A DNA stretch of 64,000 nt, from assembly GCF_009914755.1 (NCBI RefSeq), contig NC_060928.1; one strand, 5' to 3'. This document shows, one piece after another, positions 25,981 through 39,851 of the stretch. Position 1 is the stretch's first letter. The number at the start of each line of letters is the position of its first letter. Origin of the DNA: the human T2T-CHM13v2.0 reference genome, Homo sapiens. A model generated the notes under the pieces. It saw only the letters and a program-made list of their open reading frames with translations, ran no database searches and had not been told where the DNA came from. The translations under genes were made by a program, and so were the position numbers.

Positions 25981-26218
25981 TTTATATTCTTTTCTTTTCT
26001 GTTGCTGATGTCAAGTGTGCATCTGGTTTTTAGTTCTGTAAGTGTGCACACCATCTTCTCTATCGTTAGGAATTTTCATGGAAGAGGACATAATCTCATG
26101 TTTCCCCTTCTTTGTAGCCCCCCAGAATAATTCAGCACCTACTAGCCTTTTGATTTTAAGACTTTTATGACTTATCACTGGGGAGAAACAGAAAAAAATA
26201 CACTATTTAGCTGTAGGA

Positions 26219-26530
26219 TTTTTGTTTTGTTTTGTTTTAATTTTTTTGTTTGTTTGTTTGTTTTTGAGACGGAGTTTCGCTCTTTTTGCCCAGACTGGAG
26301 TGCAATGGCACTATCTCGGCTCACCACAACCTCCATCTCCAGGGTTCAAGCCTCCCGAGTAGCTGGGATTAAGGCATGTGCCACCACACCCGGCTAATTT
26401 TTGTATTTTTAGTAAAGATGGAGTTTCTCCCTGTTGGTCAGGCTGGTCTCAAGCTCCTGACCTCAGGTGATCCACCCACCTCAGCCTCCCAAAGTGCTGG
26501 GATTACAGGCGTGAGCCACTGTGCCCGGCT
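26219..26530 (-). mobile_element. AluSp with ~17-bp internal deletion
   Basis: gtttcgctct, caatggc, ctcacc, tttctcc..gttggtcagg diagnostics; gttcaagc|ctcccgag deletion at agc microhomology; (TTTG)n tail. Confidence 0.92.
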
Positions 26531-27675
26531 GGCTGTTTTCTAAAATTTATATACAACATCGTTTCTAAAGAAGGACTTGATAAAATTAGCAAAGACACAA
26601 AACATAACAAGATAACAGAAATGGACATTGGATTCTCATCATAAAGCCAGGGTAAAGTAAAGATAAACATATATGCCATAAAGCAAATGTAGTACAACTA
26701 TGCAAAATCATCTTTTTCATTCTCACATTGGCCTTCCCATCCAGAGTGTGCATGCATACTAAGTCCATTCTGCCTTGACGGAGTCATTTTGGCACCTTCC
26801 TGTGAACCTGAATCCTTGGTAGTAGCTTCACTTATAGACTCTCCTCTTCACCTGTATGAAGTTATCTGACCTGTGTTTTCTCTGAAGCCCAGTCTTTGAG
26901 TTCATCATGGCAGCCTGCCCTTGTTACTCCCCATGTAGACAGCCCCCAGGACTCCACAGAAGGCCTTTCTCAATCCATCAGCTCTTCTCTTCTACATTTA
27001 CCCAATCCCCCTATTCTATTCTTTCCCTCTGTCCCAATATGCTTCTCTTTTCAGATTTGTATATCTCCTTCCTGGACCCAACCACATGTCACCCAAGTCT
27101 TTCCTGTTCTTTTTATAGACCCTCCAGTGATTTTCCATCCTCAGCGTGGTATCACACCTTTCTCCACGCATTACCTCTCTGTCCTCTGAGCCTCATCCTT
27201 CCTGCCTGCTCTCTGATTGGCTTGAGAGATGATCTAGGAAAATTGTTCCCAACAGGTAGACATAAGCTTTGGAATCCCACCTCTCCTGTAGCCTGAAGAA
27301 ATAAAGGAACTGTTGCTTGCCCTCTGAAGGAGGTAAAAGTCTTTGATCTTCAGACCAGGTCAGGATAGATCTGGAACTGGGAAGACTTGCCTTTTTTTCT
27401 TGGCTTCTTTGTGACTTCCCTCCCTGTGATCATATCAGCGTTTTGTTCTTGGATGTCTGTACTCACATAGCACTGCTGAGCTACATCCATAGGTTGAGGG
27501 AGTCTGATGGTTTGGTAACATTTTTCTTAGAACTGGCTGTCAGCTAGAGCATGAGCTCTTGATTTAGAAAATTTGACCCAGAAGTGCACAAAAAGGCCTG
27601 TGTGTGGCCCTTGATGGGCCTTGTGATGACAACACAAGGTAAGCATCAGGGGCTTGACCGTGGGGGAGCAGATAC

Positions 27676-28125
27676 CACAGTGGTTAAGGACATGGACCCT
27701 GAAGCCTGAATACTGGCTTTCGAATCGTAGCTATGCTCACTTAATAACTATGTGGCCTTGGGCAGGTTATTTAAACTTTCTGAGCCTTAGTTTCTCCATC
27801 TGTAAAATGGAGTTAACAATAATAGTATGGCTATCCCTTGGTATCTTGGTATCCGAGGATTGGTTCTAGGATCCCCACAGATACCATAATCTGTGAATTT
27901 CAAGTCCCTCACAGGCCACCCTTGGTATCCATGGGTTCCACATGGATGGATTCAACCAACGATGTCAAATTTACTGATGGGGAACCTGAAGATATTAAAG
28001 CTGACTGTAATTACTCCATGACCCTTTTATAAAGATTAAAAGAGTTAATATGTATAATGCACTAAAAACATTGCCTGCTTCATGGTAAGCATTATGTAAA
28101 GATTTACTACTAGTTTGTGTTGTTG
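27676..28125 (+). mobile_element. MIR interrupted by a Tigger MITE
   Basis: cagtggttaagga...gccttgggcaggttatttaaactttctgagccttagtttctccatctgtaaaatgg; resumes after 28008. Confidence 0.85.
27828..28007. mobile_element. MER2B/MER2-family (TcMar-Tigger) MITE
   Basis: ggattggttctaggatcccc...caagtccct...gtatccatgggttcc...ggattcaaccaac...gctgactg; TA flanks. Confidence 0.8.
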
Positions 28126-28203
28126 TTACAGATGGTGAAGATAAAAAGGCATCACTAAATTTTGCAAAACACTCTCAGAGAATTCCAGTACTCATTGGGA
28201 AAT

Positions 28204-28215
28204 CACACACACACA

Positions 28216-28248
<33 letters not shown>
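28204..28248. repeat. (CA)n microsatellite
   Basis: About 22 CA units with one GA interruption. Confidence 0.95.
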
Positions 28249-28250
<2 letters not shown>

Positions 28251-29088
28251 AACGTTCTCCATTCAAATTCCTTTGTTTTTACTTTCTGACTCTATAATTA
28301 AGGTTATGTTTATGATTGAATACCCTTTCACTTTTATTCTGAACATGCATTAAAAAGTCTGCATCCTTCAAATATCTATGTTTGATAGATTATGTCTATC
28401 CCTTTCTCTAAGAAATCTTGTCATCCCAGTAATTAGACCTTCACTTGAAATTGAGAAAGTACAGGGACTACATCAATGCCATAGAGAAGTTATTTATTTT
28501 TTAACATCTTCTTCACTGGGAAAAACATATCACTGGGCCTGTAATCTGTAAAATTAATTCTCCTATAAGGACTTCCTAACAAAACCTCCCTGCCCCCAAT
28601 TCACACATACACACACACACAAACACACTCACACACATTCACACTTCCTGTAAAGAAAACATGTGAGAAAATACTCACTAGGTTTCAGGGTACAAGAAGT
28701 ACCCAAGTTAAAGTGGAACCAAAATTAAAGAACCCCAATGTATCTTATAATATTTCTACCTCTTATAATAAACATGCTGATTCTTAGTAATACTGTATAT
28801 TTCCCTTTGTTAACAGAGGTATTTATTTTTTAATAAACATTGAGCAGTTTTTGTGTACCAGGCTTTGTGCTAGAAACAGATGATTCAAAAATTAAGAAAG
28901 TATCTGACATAATTTTCAGGTCTCTATGAGGCAGCTAATATTATTCCATTTTAAATTTTAATATCTAAAGTTACAGAGCTAGCAAATTTGGAAGCGTAAA
29001 TTTGAAATCATAACTCTTTCCAAAGTTTGTGTTTTAACCACTGCTAACTCCTGTACTGAACAGTGTAAGTTCTAAAAATATCGGATGC

Positions 29089-29359
29089 GGCTGGGCGAGG
29101 TGGCTCACGCCTATAATCCCAGCACTTTGGGAGGTCGAGGCGGGTGGATCACGATGTCAGGAGTTCGAGACCAGCCTGACCAACATGGTGAAACCCCATC
29201 TCTACTAAAAATACAAAAATTATCCGGGGGTGGCACACACCTGTAATCCCAGCTACTCAGGAGGCTGAGGCAGGAGAAACACTTGAACCCAGGAGGTGGA
29301 GGTTGCAGCCGAGATCACACCACCGCACTCCAGCCTGGGCCGACAGAGCGAGACTCTGT

Positions 29360-29388
<29 letters not shown>
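29089..29388 (+). mobile_element. AluSg-type
   Basis: gatcacga(t)gtcaggagttcgagaccagcctgacc; long A tail; TSD-like aaaaatatcggatgc / aaaaattcagatgc. Confidence 0.93.
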
Positions 29389-29390
<2 letters not shown>

Positions 29391-29449
29391 CAGATGCTGG
29401 GCAGTAGAACGCAATGTAAACTGTATAGGATTCAAAATCTTCTGGTTCA

Positions 29450-30620
29450 AAATTCATTCACTCAACCATTCATGTATTAATTTAAAGAACATTTTTTGAA
29501 GATCTAATTTGTGTAAGGCACTATGGTATAAGACAAAACAAGGCAACACTGATATAAAATATAGACAAAGCCAATGAAGAACAGGGACAAATAAGTAATT
29601 GCAAAAAAAAAAAATGGAGAGTGCAATAAAATGTGAAGGCTCTATGGAAGCACAACCAAGACATTTCAGCTTGTTTAGGGGATTAGAAAAGACTTCCCAA
29701 AGGAAGCAGAATGATGTTTGAGGGCTAGCCAAGTAAAGAGGTGGAAAAGTGTATTCCTAAGGAAGTGGTAAGGTCTGAGCAAAATTACATGTGAGAGAAA
29801 GAAGGTTTAAGAAACAAATTTATTTGACCAAAGCATAGAGATTTATTTAAAAACAAAACAAAAAATAGAGATATAGCTAGAGAGCTGGCAGGGGTCAGAT
29901 CTCAGAGAGCTAATAAAGTCAGGTGACATTGATTGGAATGGGCAATGAGAGACACTAAGGACTCAAGGACAAGAGAATAGAGACTACATTTGAAGAGAAG
30001 GGGATAGATAGATTTAAGAAATACCAAGAAATTAAACGTTGTGATTAAATGGACATGCTTCTTATTAGGAAGACTTCCAAGTTTCAGGTTTTAAATAGTA
30101 GGTGGTTGTGGAGCTATTTTTATTAAAATAAGGAACATCATAGTGAAACTGATTTGGGAGGAGGAAGAATGAATTCAGTTTTGAACTAATTAAGATTGAG
30201 GACATCCAAGTACAGTCTGTAGCTGGATATATGTGGTGGTAGTGAGAGGGTATATTTCGGCTGTGAATAGAGGTTTGGGAATTCTTCTCATTGAGATTTG
30301 AATCACGTCATAAAAGTGAACAACATTGTCCAGGTAGAGTATGTGGAGTGAAATGAAAGGGCTGTAGAGTGAACTCTGAGGAACACCAACATGTAATGGT
30401 TAGATAAGAAGAAAGATGCTACTAAATGCCTGAGCAGTACTGAATTAAAAAGGAGGCAGTTATGCAAGAGAATGTGATGACATAAAATGCACTGTTTCTA
30501 GTACTGCCAAGAAGTCAGCAAGATAAGTACTTAAAAGCATCTGCTGAATTGACCAATACGGAAATATTTCATGAACTAGAAAAAAAAACAGTCTAATGAA
30601 GTCTGGTGGAGAGGGGATGT
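29450..30620 (-). mobile_element. L2
   Basis: cattcactcaaccattca 3' tail, gaattcagttttgaact...gaggacatccaagt, ctgaggaacaccaacat. Confidence 0.75.
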
Positions 30621-30711
30621 GTTAAATCTTGGGGTTTTTAAAAATAAATGTATTATCTGTTTTATATCCTTTGGGAACTTAAAGTCTTCATTGTCTCTCC
30701 TACTAGACTTT

Positions 30712-31616
30712 TTTTTTTAAATTTTACTTTAAGTTTCAGGATACACGTGCAGAACATGCAGGTTTGTTACATAGGTATACATGTGCCATGGTGGTTTGCT
30801 GCACCTATCAACCTGTCATCTAGGTTTTATGCCCCGCATGCATTAGGCATTTGTCCTAACACTCTCCATCCCCTTGCCCTCCACCTCCTGACACGCCCCA
30901 GTGTGTGATGTTCCCCTCCCTGTGTCCATGTGTTCTCATTGTTCAACCCCCTCTTATGAGTGAGAACATGTGGTGTTTGGTTTTCTGTTCCTGTATTAGT
31001 TTGCTGAGAATGATGGTTTCCAGCTTCATTCATGTCCCTGCAGAGGACATAATCCCACTCTTTTTTATGGCTGGGTAGTATTCCATGGTGTATACGTGCC
31101 ACATTTTCTTTATCCAGTCTATCATTGATGGGCATTTGAGTTGGTTCCAAGTCTTTGCTATTGTAAATAGTGCTGCAATAAGCATACATGTGCATGTGTC
31201 TTTATACTAGAATGATTGATAATCCTTTGGGTAAAAGGTCTAATATCCAGAATCTACAAGGAACTTAAACAAATTTACAAGAAAAAAACAAAGAACCCCA
31301 TCAAAAAATGGGCAAAAGATATGAACAGACACTTTTCCAAAGAAGACATTTATGTGACCAACAAACATATGAAAAAAAAGCTCATCATTACAGAGCATTA
31401 GAGAAATCCAAATCAAAACGACAATGAGACACCATCTCACTCCAGTCAGAATGGTGATTATGAAAAAGTCAGGAAAAATAGATGCTGGTGAGGCTATGGA
31501 GAAACACTAACACTTTTACACTGTTGGTAGGAGTCTAAATTAGTTCGACCATTGTGAAAGACAGTGCCGTGATTCCTTAAGGATCTAGAACCAGAAATAC
31601 TATTTGACCCAGCAAT
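30712..31616 (-). mobile_element. L1PA8-like, 5'-truncated with twin-priming inversion (30712-31233 antisense, 31234-31616 sense)
   Basis: L1PA 3'UTR antisense after a T run; sense piece translates [18 protein letters not shown]; TSD tcc(t/a)actagacttt (30698-30711 / 31618-31631). Confidence 0.93.
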
Positions 31617-32809
31617 TTCCAACTAGACTTTAAACTCCTTGAGAAAATGTGTCTTCTTATTCTTTATATCCCTTGCCACATATTAAAGGAATTAATAAAT
31701 AAGTGCTAATTTTCTTACCTATAAAGGAAAGAGAATACCTTCTCCTTTTATATGTCACAGGATATTTTTCAGGATCACAGTTTACATGAAACAGTTGTAA
31801 GCTGTAAAACCTACAGAAGGGATGATTGTTGCTATTAATTCTGGATTGCAACAATTCAAGACTAAAATAGAAAAGGTGTCCAAGACAGTTTATGATTTAT
31901 TGCCAATGAAATACTTACCAACAGTAGTTGCTCTGGGAATTCAGAAAAAAAAAAAAAAAGGACATTTCAAGATGAAAGCATTACGGCATTTCTCAGAATT
32001 GCTAAGAAAATATCCCGGGCGGTGGGGAGTGAGACATGAACAAAATGTAGGCTGTGGAGGACTATATCTGGATGCAGGGAATGGTGAATAAACCAGTGAG
32101 ATTAGCACAAGACCATCTTCAAACTTTCTAATTCATTCTAAATTCTTGGCTTAGACAAGAAGAATGCATTATTAAGTTTTAATGATTGTTTTGAAAGAGC
32201 ATTTATAGTATTTGCTGTTCTGCAGAATGTTTTATGATTTATGATTCTAATAACAGACAGTACTTGAACGTGAAAGCTAATTTGTCCTCCTATTGTGTAA
32301 GTAGGCTTCCACTTTGGGGAGTAGAGCAAGTGTTGGCCTAAAAACGTCTCCTGATTCCTTGTGCCAAACTTGACCTTCTAATTTGGAAAACAGACTTCAC
32401 AGCAACTTGTGTAAAAATTAATGAAGTCTTTTAACAGTGTAAGGTACAGCAAAGAAATGTATTGATTTTGATATGCTACAAGGTTATTGCTTACAAACAT
32501 AAAATTATTGTAATATCCAGAAGTTTAGAGGTTAAGGAAATGAATGTGAAGAATGCCTATGTGTGTGCACATGTGAAAATATTGGGGTTCTAAGAAAATT
32601 GTGTAGAAAAAAATGTACGATCCCCTGTTCACCTGTTCTGGTTAGAAAGAACACTAACAGATATGAAGGAAACCATAGACTTCTAGACCTTGTGCTGATA
32701 TGTACAGAAAATACATAGAAAATGAAGTCTAAAAGACCCTTGCTTTGGCATGTCTACAAAGAATAGCAAAATGGACTTGATTGCTATTACTGAAAGCCAC
32801 ATTATTCCC

Positions 32810-33495
32810 CACCCATTAGATAATCTCCCTATCTCCAGTTTCATTTTGTCCTATCCTTGCTTTGCAGTGTTGCTGGAGGGATCTTTGTTCAACATGAACC
32901 CGATCATGTCACCCCTTGTCGTATCACATATTGTGATGGCTTGTCTTCCCTTTAGAATAAAATCAGAACTCCTTGGATTTGTAAGCAGGGCTTTCCACAG
33001 TGTGTCTCCCACCAACCTTTCCAATGTAATCTCTCATCACCATTCAATATGCACCGTACACTCAAACATAAAAGCATTGTTTGCATTTCCTCAGTAGCCT
33101 ATGATTCCCCTCTATACCTTCCACGCCTGCTTTTCTGCAGCTCACAGATTCTTATACATCCTTCCAGGATCGGCTCTAGCAATGCCTCCTCCCAGAAGCT
33201 TTTTGTGAACCATCACCACCCTCACCACTAGACTAGTGTGTGTGTCTGGGTGATGCAAGTGCATGTGCAGAAGTGTGTGTGTCTGTGTGTGTGTGCATGT
33301 ACACACATATTCACACATGAGCTGTGCTTTACTCCCAAACACCCCAAGCCCAAGGCTGGCCATGGCATTTATCTTTGAAAATTATAATTATCCAATTTTC
33401 TATTTTCCTGCAGATCATAAACTACTTGAGGCTTTTTCATTTCATTTTGCCCATAGTAGGCCCTCGAAAAATATTCACTGACTACTTAAGTGAGT
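32810..33495 (+). mobile_element. L2 3' region (with TG-rich tract ~33236-33320)
   Basis: gatcatgtcacccc, tagaataaaatcagaactcctt, tgcctcctcccagaagctttt, catagtaggccctcgaaaaatatt. Confidence 0.75.
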
Positions 33496-33779
33496 AACAG
33501 ACCAACTAAGGAACTGAAGATATGGTTGATATTAGTAGACTAGCAAATTAAGCAACGTAGCATAATGAGAATGCTTATGGGAAAAAGAAGAAGGTTTTAA
33601 AGCTTCCCAGCACACTATAGATCCAAATGTAAAACATTTGTCCACTTCCCCCTGAAAAAGGAAGTTTATGTGTATTGTAGTTTTTACCATGGGTCTTAAA
33701 TTATAGCACACTTTTACAATTATTTTATTTTTAAAAACAAAATATCATGTGGCAGAAGACACATTAAAAAAGATCTCCC

Positions 33780-34025
33780 AGACAAGGCGTAGTGGCTCAT
33801 GCCTGCAATCCCAGCACTTTGAGAGGCCGAAGCGAGCAGATCACTTGAGGCCAGGATTTCGAGACCAGCTTGGCCAACATGATGAAACCCTGTCTCAGCA
33901 AAAAATACAAAACTTAGCTGAGCGTGGTGGCGTGTACCTGTTGCCCCAGCTACTTGGGAGTCTAAGGTGCAGGAATCACCTGAGCCCGGGGACCCTGTCT
34001 CAAAAAAAAAAAAAAGAAAAAAAAA
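33780..34025 (+). mobile_element. AluJb-like with ~60-bp right-arm deletion
   Basis: tgagcccggg joined directly to gaccctgtctc; A tail; atc(c)tccca flanks. Confidence 0.88.
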
Positions 34026-37000
34026 TCCTCCCAATCGTGGATAGTGATAGATGCCTAAAAGTGGCTATTTAATACTCACTCAAAACTAAGAACATCTTGG
34101 TTTTGGACATCTTTGTAAATGATCTTCTCAGAGGTCACTTTAGAAAGCAACATGGTAAGTGGTTCTAACCACAAATAAATGCTACAGAATACAGTTTAAA
34201 AGACTGAAGTCCAAATATATGGGCATACAGTTTCCAGTTATGCAATCACATATCGATATGACGTGAGCATGCTGTATCTCAAGCAACTGAAACAGATCCG
34301 CAGCTCTGGAAAACCACTGGATCACTCTAGAAATAGCTCTAACCATAATGAAGGCAATGGTGCAGAAGGTTTATGTGGAGAAAAATGGCTTAAAAATGTT
34401 CATTGGGATTTAGATGGGGAAAATAATTATTTCTAAGCAAATAAAATATTTTATGTGCTCGAATTAATTAACTACATTAGTCGATTAAATATTATATCTA
34501 GACATTTGGCTATTGTATCTAATTTGTAAAAGTTAAACATTTTATATGGCCAATTTTAAGAAAAATATGTATGGAACATCAGTTCCATAATGGGAAAATA
34601 GGAGAAACACCTTGTGTTTGCTTTGTATTTAGGGATATAATGTATAATAATAAAGCCCTACTAACCTGAGAAGAAAATGACACATTTCTTAATCATCAAG
34701 ACTAGACAAGCCAGCACTATTTGAGTGATTAATCCCAGAAATTAAGTATAACTTAGAAAAACATGTTTTCACTTACATGTATATATGAATTTTACCAACA
34801 CTTAAAAACTGAAAAACTTGGAGCTTCTAGTTTAAAATTTCTTTTTGAACTTGAGAATCTTTTATTGATTTATAGTCATTTCCTAGGTAAAGAAGTATTG
34901 GATCTCAGTTTGATTCCTATTACCTCTTGGATACCTTACCACACCTGTAAGAAGAAGGCAAGCATTAAGACTAACATGATGAGGCTCTGAGAAGTTAAGT
35001 AACTGAGCTAGCCACCAATTGATCTAATGTCATAGTCCGTGCTTTTACCTCCCGAAAGGAACAATGGTGGATCTCACTGGAAATGTAACTGTTTATTCTT
35101 GAGTCTAAATTCTGCAGCCTTAAAAATTAAACACATGCCACTTTTGATTCTTATTGTGTGCAACACAGAATATTTTCCTACATCTCCCAGCTATTTTTCT
35201 AAATATTTTTCAGTCACTTTAAATGAATGGCATAGTACAACATTATGTGTCCTGTTCTGTTTTATTAACTCTGAATGACTGTGTGTTAGTGCATGCAGTC
35301 TCTCTCTCTCTCTGTCTCTCTCTCTGTAGTTGTACTGTCTTTTTTGGAAAATTTACTACTTCTGAGAATGAGCATAATGGACCAATTTTTTACTCTTTGT
35401 AACTCTAGATGAAATGTCTACAGTTAATAGAGCAATCAAATCTGCCCTGCTAGGGAAAATAGCATTAGAGGAAGGGGACTCAGAGGCCCATGGTACTTGT
35501 CTTTACTATTACTTGTTAATGCATCTTTGTACAAAACAGATATTTTATTCAAAACCTGCCTCAACTCCTGCTGCTTATTCTCCTTCACCTCAAGTCACTC
35601 TCCTCTGTTTTCCAAAATATCAGTTGCTTTATGGGGAAAATATTATAATCCAGTTGTCCATGTGTTGCTTTTTAATAAGGAGATAGAGCATTAATATTGA
35701 CTGACTTTCAATCTAAACCTTTTGGACAAACTTTTGTTGGAATGCAACAGGGAGCAACATTAGTAGGCGGGGTGTTGATGGACATGCAAACTGGGGGAAC
35801 CTCAGGAAAGTGAATCCCACTTTTATTTGTTCTGTCTTATTACAATTTACTTGTCTGTGATATATTCATTAGGCAATTGAAAAAAAAATGCCATCTCAGA
35901 TATACCCAAACCACACCTTTGGAAATCAACTGCAGTTACCACTTCATAGTTTGGGATCAGTATCCAGCCTTCCAGCAGTTCCTTTTGTAATCTTTGTCCA
36001 TAAATAAACCTCCCCCTCAATTTAACAAAGACAAAGCTTTAGATGAACTCGCTTCAGAATGAACATAGTATAATTCACTTTTCAATTTCACACCCAAGGA
36101 TTCTGTAATGGGGGAATGTAGGCGGTTAAGTTTTCAGTCATACCAAATGGGTTTTTAATACTTAAAATCCATCTGTTTACATACAAAGAGTAAATGCCTG
36201 GAAATGTGGCTTCTGAAATGCAAATGAAGAGCTACAAGACTTATTTCTGCTTGGGAAAATTCAACACTTTTCTGACAAAAGGGAGTAATAATAGCTCCTG
36301 TAAAATCCAATAATATTATAAATGATATTAGATCCAATAGTGCATGATATGTGTATGGGGAAATCTATGGTCTCTTGTTTGTTATTACTGCGTCGTGAAA
36401 TGCTTCATAAATTTGAGGAAAGGAAGGATATTCAAATTAGCAAAGTACTTTGCAAATAGTCAGCTATACCAATTTTAGGATGCCTTGGCTTATAGGAACA
36501 ACTAACAGATTTAGGAAACTAAACAGGATTTTAAAAAAGATAGTTTCCATTGTAACTCATGGAGCACCAAGGTGTAGGTAAAATTTTGCTGTAATAGCTT
36601 TTTGCCACAATTTAGCCTCATTCTGTTTTTGTTTTTGTTTTAACTTTGAGAAATTAAAGTTTACTTTTAGGCAATTAATTCTTCTCAGTTCATGACTTCA
36701 TAAAGGATCACTTACAATGACAGACCATTCTATAAATTATTATTAATGTACAGAGATTAAAAATTGTTAGGCCTGTAAATAAAATGTTAAGATGGATATT
36801 TCATACAATCCGCCTTCATTAAAATTACTAGCATTGAAACTCAACCAGATATGTTCCCATTAGTAAGTTTCTTTTGAAACGCATAATTATTAGTATTTCA
36901 CAGATTTTAATTTAAAGTATTGTTCTACCTATTTAATAGAGCAAGACCATAAAAACCTAACCATCTTTGTTTAAATAATTCTCTTTTAGTTTCTGAAAAA

Positions 37001-37449
37001 TGAATGTGTTATTTATGGTAATATTATTTTACTGCTATTTTTAAAATTCCAAAATGGATAATGGTTAAACTTTTAAAAGTTTATTTCTCATTCATGAAAG
37101 TCCTAAACAGGCTTTCCTGATTGGTAGAAAACTCACTTTCCCCTGGCAAATGTTTGGCTTATGGGAACTGATGCCGCTTCTGTCTTGTGACTCCATCACC
37201 TTCATCATCTCTCATTTCGTAAAATCTTTGCCACAGAAATTAAACAAAGCGAGTTCAGTCTTATTTTGCCAACAAAATAAGAAAAGTCGTCAAAATTGAG
37301 AAGTAGTTATATGGGTTCATGTAGGTATTGGTGCAAAATGGCTGGAAAATGTAGTTTTGACCTTGGCTATCAATTCCTAGAAAAACCCTACACTGCACAA
37401 GGAGGAGCAAAACTCTTTGGAGGCCAATTAGCATAGACCACTAAGAGTA

Positions 37450-38090
37450 CTGATTCTCCAAGTATGGTCTCCATCTGCATTAAAAGCAGCTGATGAGCTT
37501 GCCTACTGTCTTACTCCATTTTGTGTTGCTTTAAAGAAATATCTAAGGCTGGGTAATTTGTTTTAAAAAGAGGTTTATTTAGCTCACAGTTCTGCGGTCT
37601 GAACAAGAAGCATGGTGCCAGCATCTGCTCAGCTTCTAGTGAGGACTTTTGTGTGGCATCAAAACATGGCAGAGAAGGTCAAAGGGGAAGTGGGCAAAGG
37701 AAAAGAGGGAAAACCTGAGGCTTTATAACAACTCGCTTTCAAGGGAACTAATGTATTCCCACAAGAACTAATCCAGTCTCCTGAGAGGGAGAAGCCTTTT
37801 ACTACCTGAGAAATAGCACCAAGAAATTCTTGAGGAGTTTGCCACCATGACCCAAACATCTCCCACTCTCCCACTAGGTCCTACCTCCCACCATCCCCAC
37901 ACTGGGGATCAAATTTCAACATGAGATTTGGTGGGGATAAACAGGCCATATCAAAACCACAACACCTACTTTCATATTCTGGAGCCCCACATCTGATCCA
38001 CTAAACCTGAATGTTAGAGGGAAGCTCCAAGGATTCTGAATTTTAACAAACTCCTTTGTTATTTTTAGCACTAAAGTTTGAGAGCCATTT
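37450..38090. mobile_element. MER5A split by an MST LTR
   Basis: gattctccaagtatggtc... then attctggagccccac...ttttaacaaactcc...taaagtttgagagcca. Confidence 0.7.
37507..37964 (-). mobile_element. MSTB-type MaLR solo LTR
   Basis: tgtcttactccattttgtgttgct...gaggtttatttagctcacagttctgc...gggatcaaatttcaacatgagatttgg; perfect 5-bp TSD cctac. Confidence 0.92.
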
Positions 38091-38126
38091 TAGAAGAAAT
38101 AACACATTAGAATACTCAAATCTATA

Positions 38127-38194
<68 letters not shown>
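38127..38194. repeat. Compound tetranucleotide STR (TCTG)4(TCTA)13
   Basis: Counted directly from the sequence. Confidence 0.95.
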
Positions 38195-38196
<2 letters not shown>

Positions 38197-39194
38197 GAGA
38201 GAGACTATGAGAGGATCCTGGGATCTTCTCATGCCAATTTTCACCTCTTCCTTAGCTGATACGAAACTTCCCAAGGAGCTTTGTTTGCTATTGAGTTTGA
38301 CATTTTGATATTTCTTTATGATTAATGCAAAATGAGTATGTATGGCTAATTTCCTATGCATTTCCTCCCATATAATAAATGAATGACAAATGGCTCCAGA
38401 AGCACAATTCATTTTTATGGCTAGCTTTTTTTTATCCTAGGATTTGAAATATGAGCACCTTGAGTCTAATTCAATTCTAATTAAAATAATACTCATTAAG
38501 TGCTTCCCCCGGGTTGTGTGACAAATGGTACTAAATTGGAAAAAAGACAACCCACCACCCACAGGCTGTTTATATTCTAAAAAACAGAGTAATATAAAAT
38601 GCTTCTCCTTTTCCTTTCCTCTGATCTTTATAATGGCCTGCTGGATATCTCCATTATCTCAACTTGGATCATTTATAGACTTCTCAAACATAACTTACAA
38701 TAGAACTTTATGCTTTTATTTCTCCATAATCTTGTTTGTTACCTTGTATTATTTTCCAAATTTGTCAGCTCCATCATGAACACAGCCTGTTCTCTCATAT
38801 TAAATGCTGAATTTCCCTGTACTGAGGAATATACACATTTGTTAGCTCTTAGGTCAATAGTTTCTTTAACTGGATATATTCTTTGTGCTCACCAGCTGAC
38901 TAATGGCATAGAATATACAATGGACATGTTAGGATCATCGGTAATGCTGCCTAAATTCCACCTATGACAAATATGGAGAGAGAAAATTATTTCTTCACCG
39001 ACCACTCTATTGGTGGCCAAAATTAACTATCAGTATTACATAGTATATGTAATGATAATGTACTGTGAGACTCTTAGTGGATATTAACCTATGTTATCAA
39101 TCAAAAGGCAGAAACACTGATTACTCATTAAGCATGACTTGTTTTTTTTTTTTCACCACACTTGGAATAGATGCTTTTTTGTTGTGGTGGTGGG

Positions 39195-39400
<206 letters not shown>

Positions 39401-39544
39401 TTATCTTTAAAGGAGCTGAAAAAATTACTATTCCAGCTTAAGCAAGTATCCCCTCCATTATGCCACCAAACAGTATATTATGGAACATCTGATTTTCCTC
39501 CATGAGATAACTTTAAGTGTTTAATGTTAGAAATAAGACATTTT

Positions 39545-39851
<307 letters not shown>

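Noticed and set aside
26896-27296. Longest ORF in the track (129 aa) and overlapping 97-aa ORF
   Set aside because: Pro/Ser/Leu/Phe-rich products of a pyrimidine-rich, probably L2-derived tract; no recognisable domain or exon structure.
30827-31440. 122-aa and neighbouring ORFs
   Set aside because: They are frames through truncated L1 ORF2 end and 3'UTR; not a gene.
38101-38220. Identity with core forensic STRs (vWA, D3S1358, D8S1179)
   Set aside because: The repeat motif is similar but the flanks do not match those loci as I recall them, so no name is assigned.
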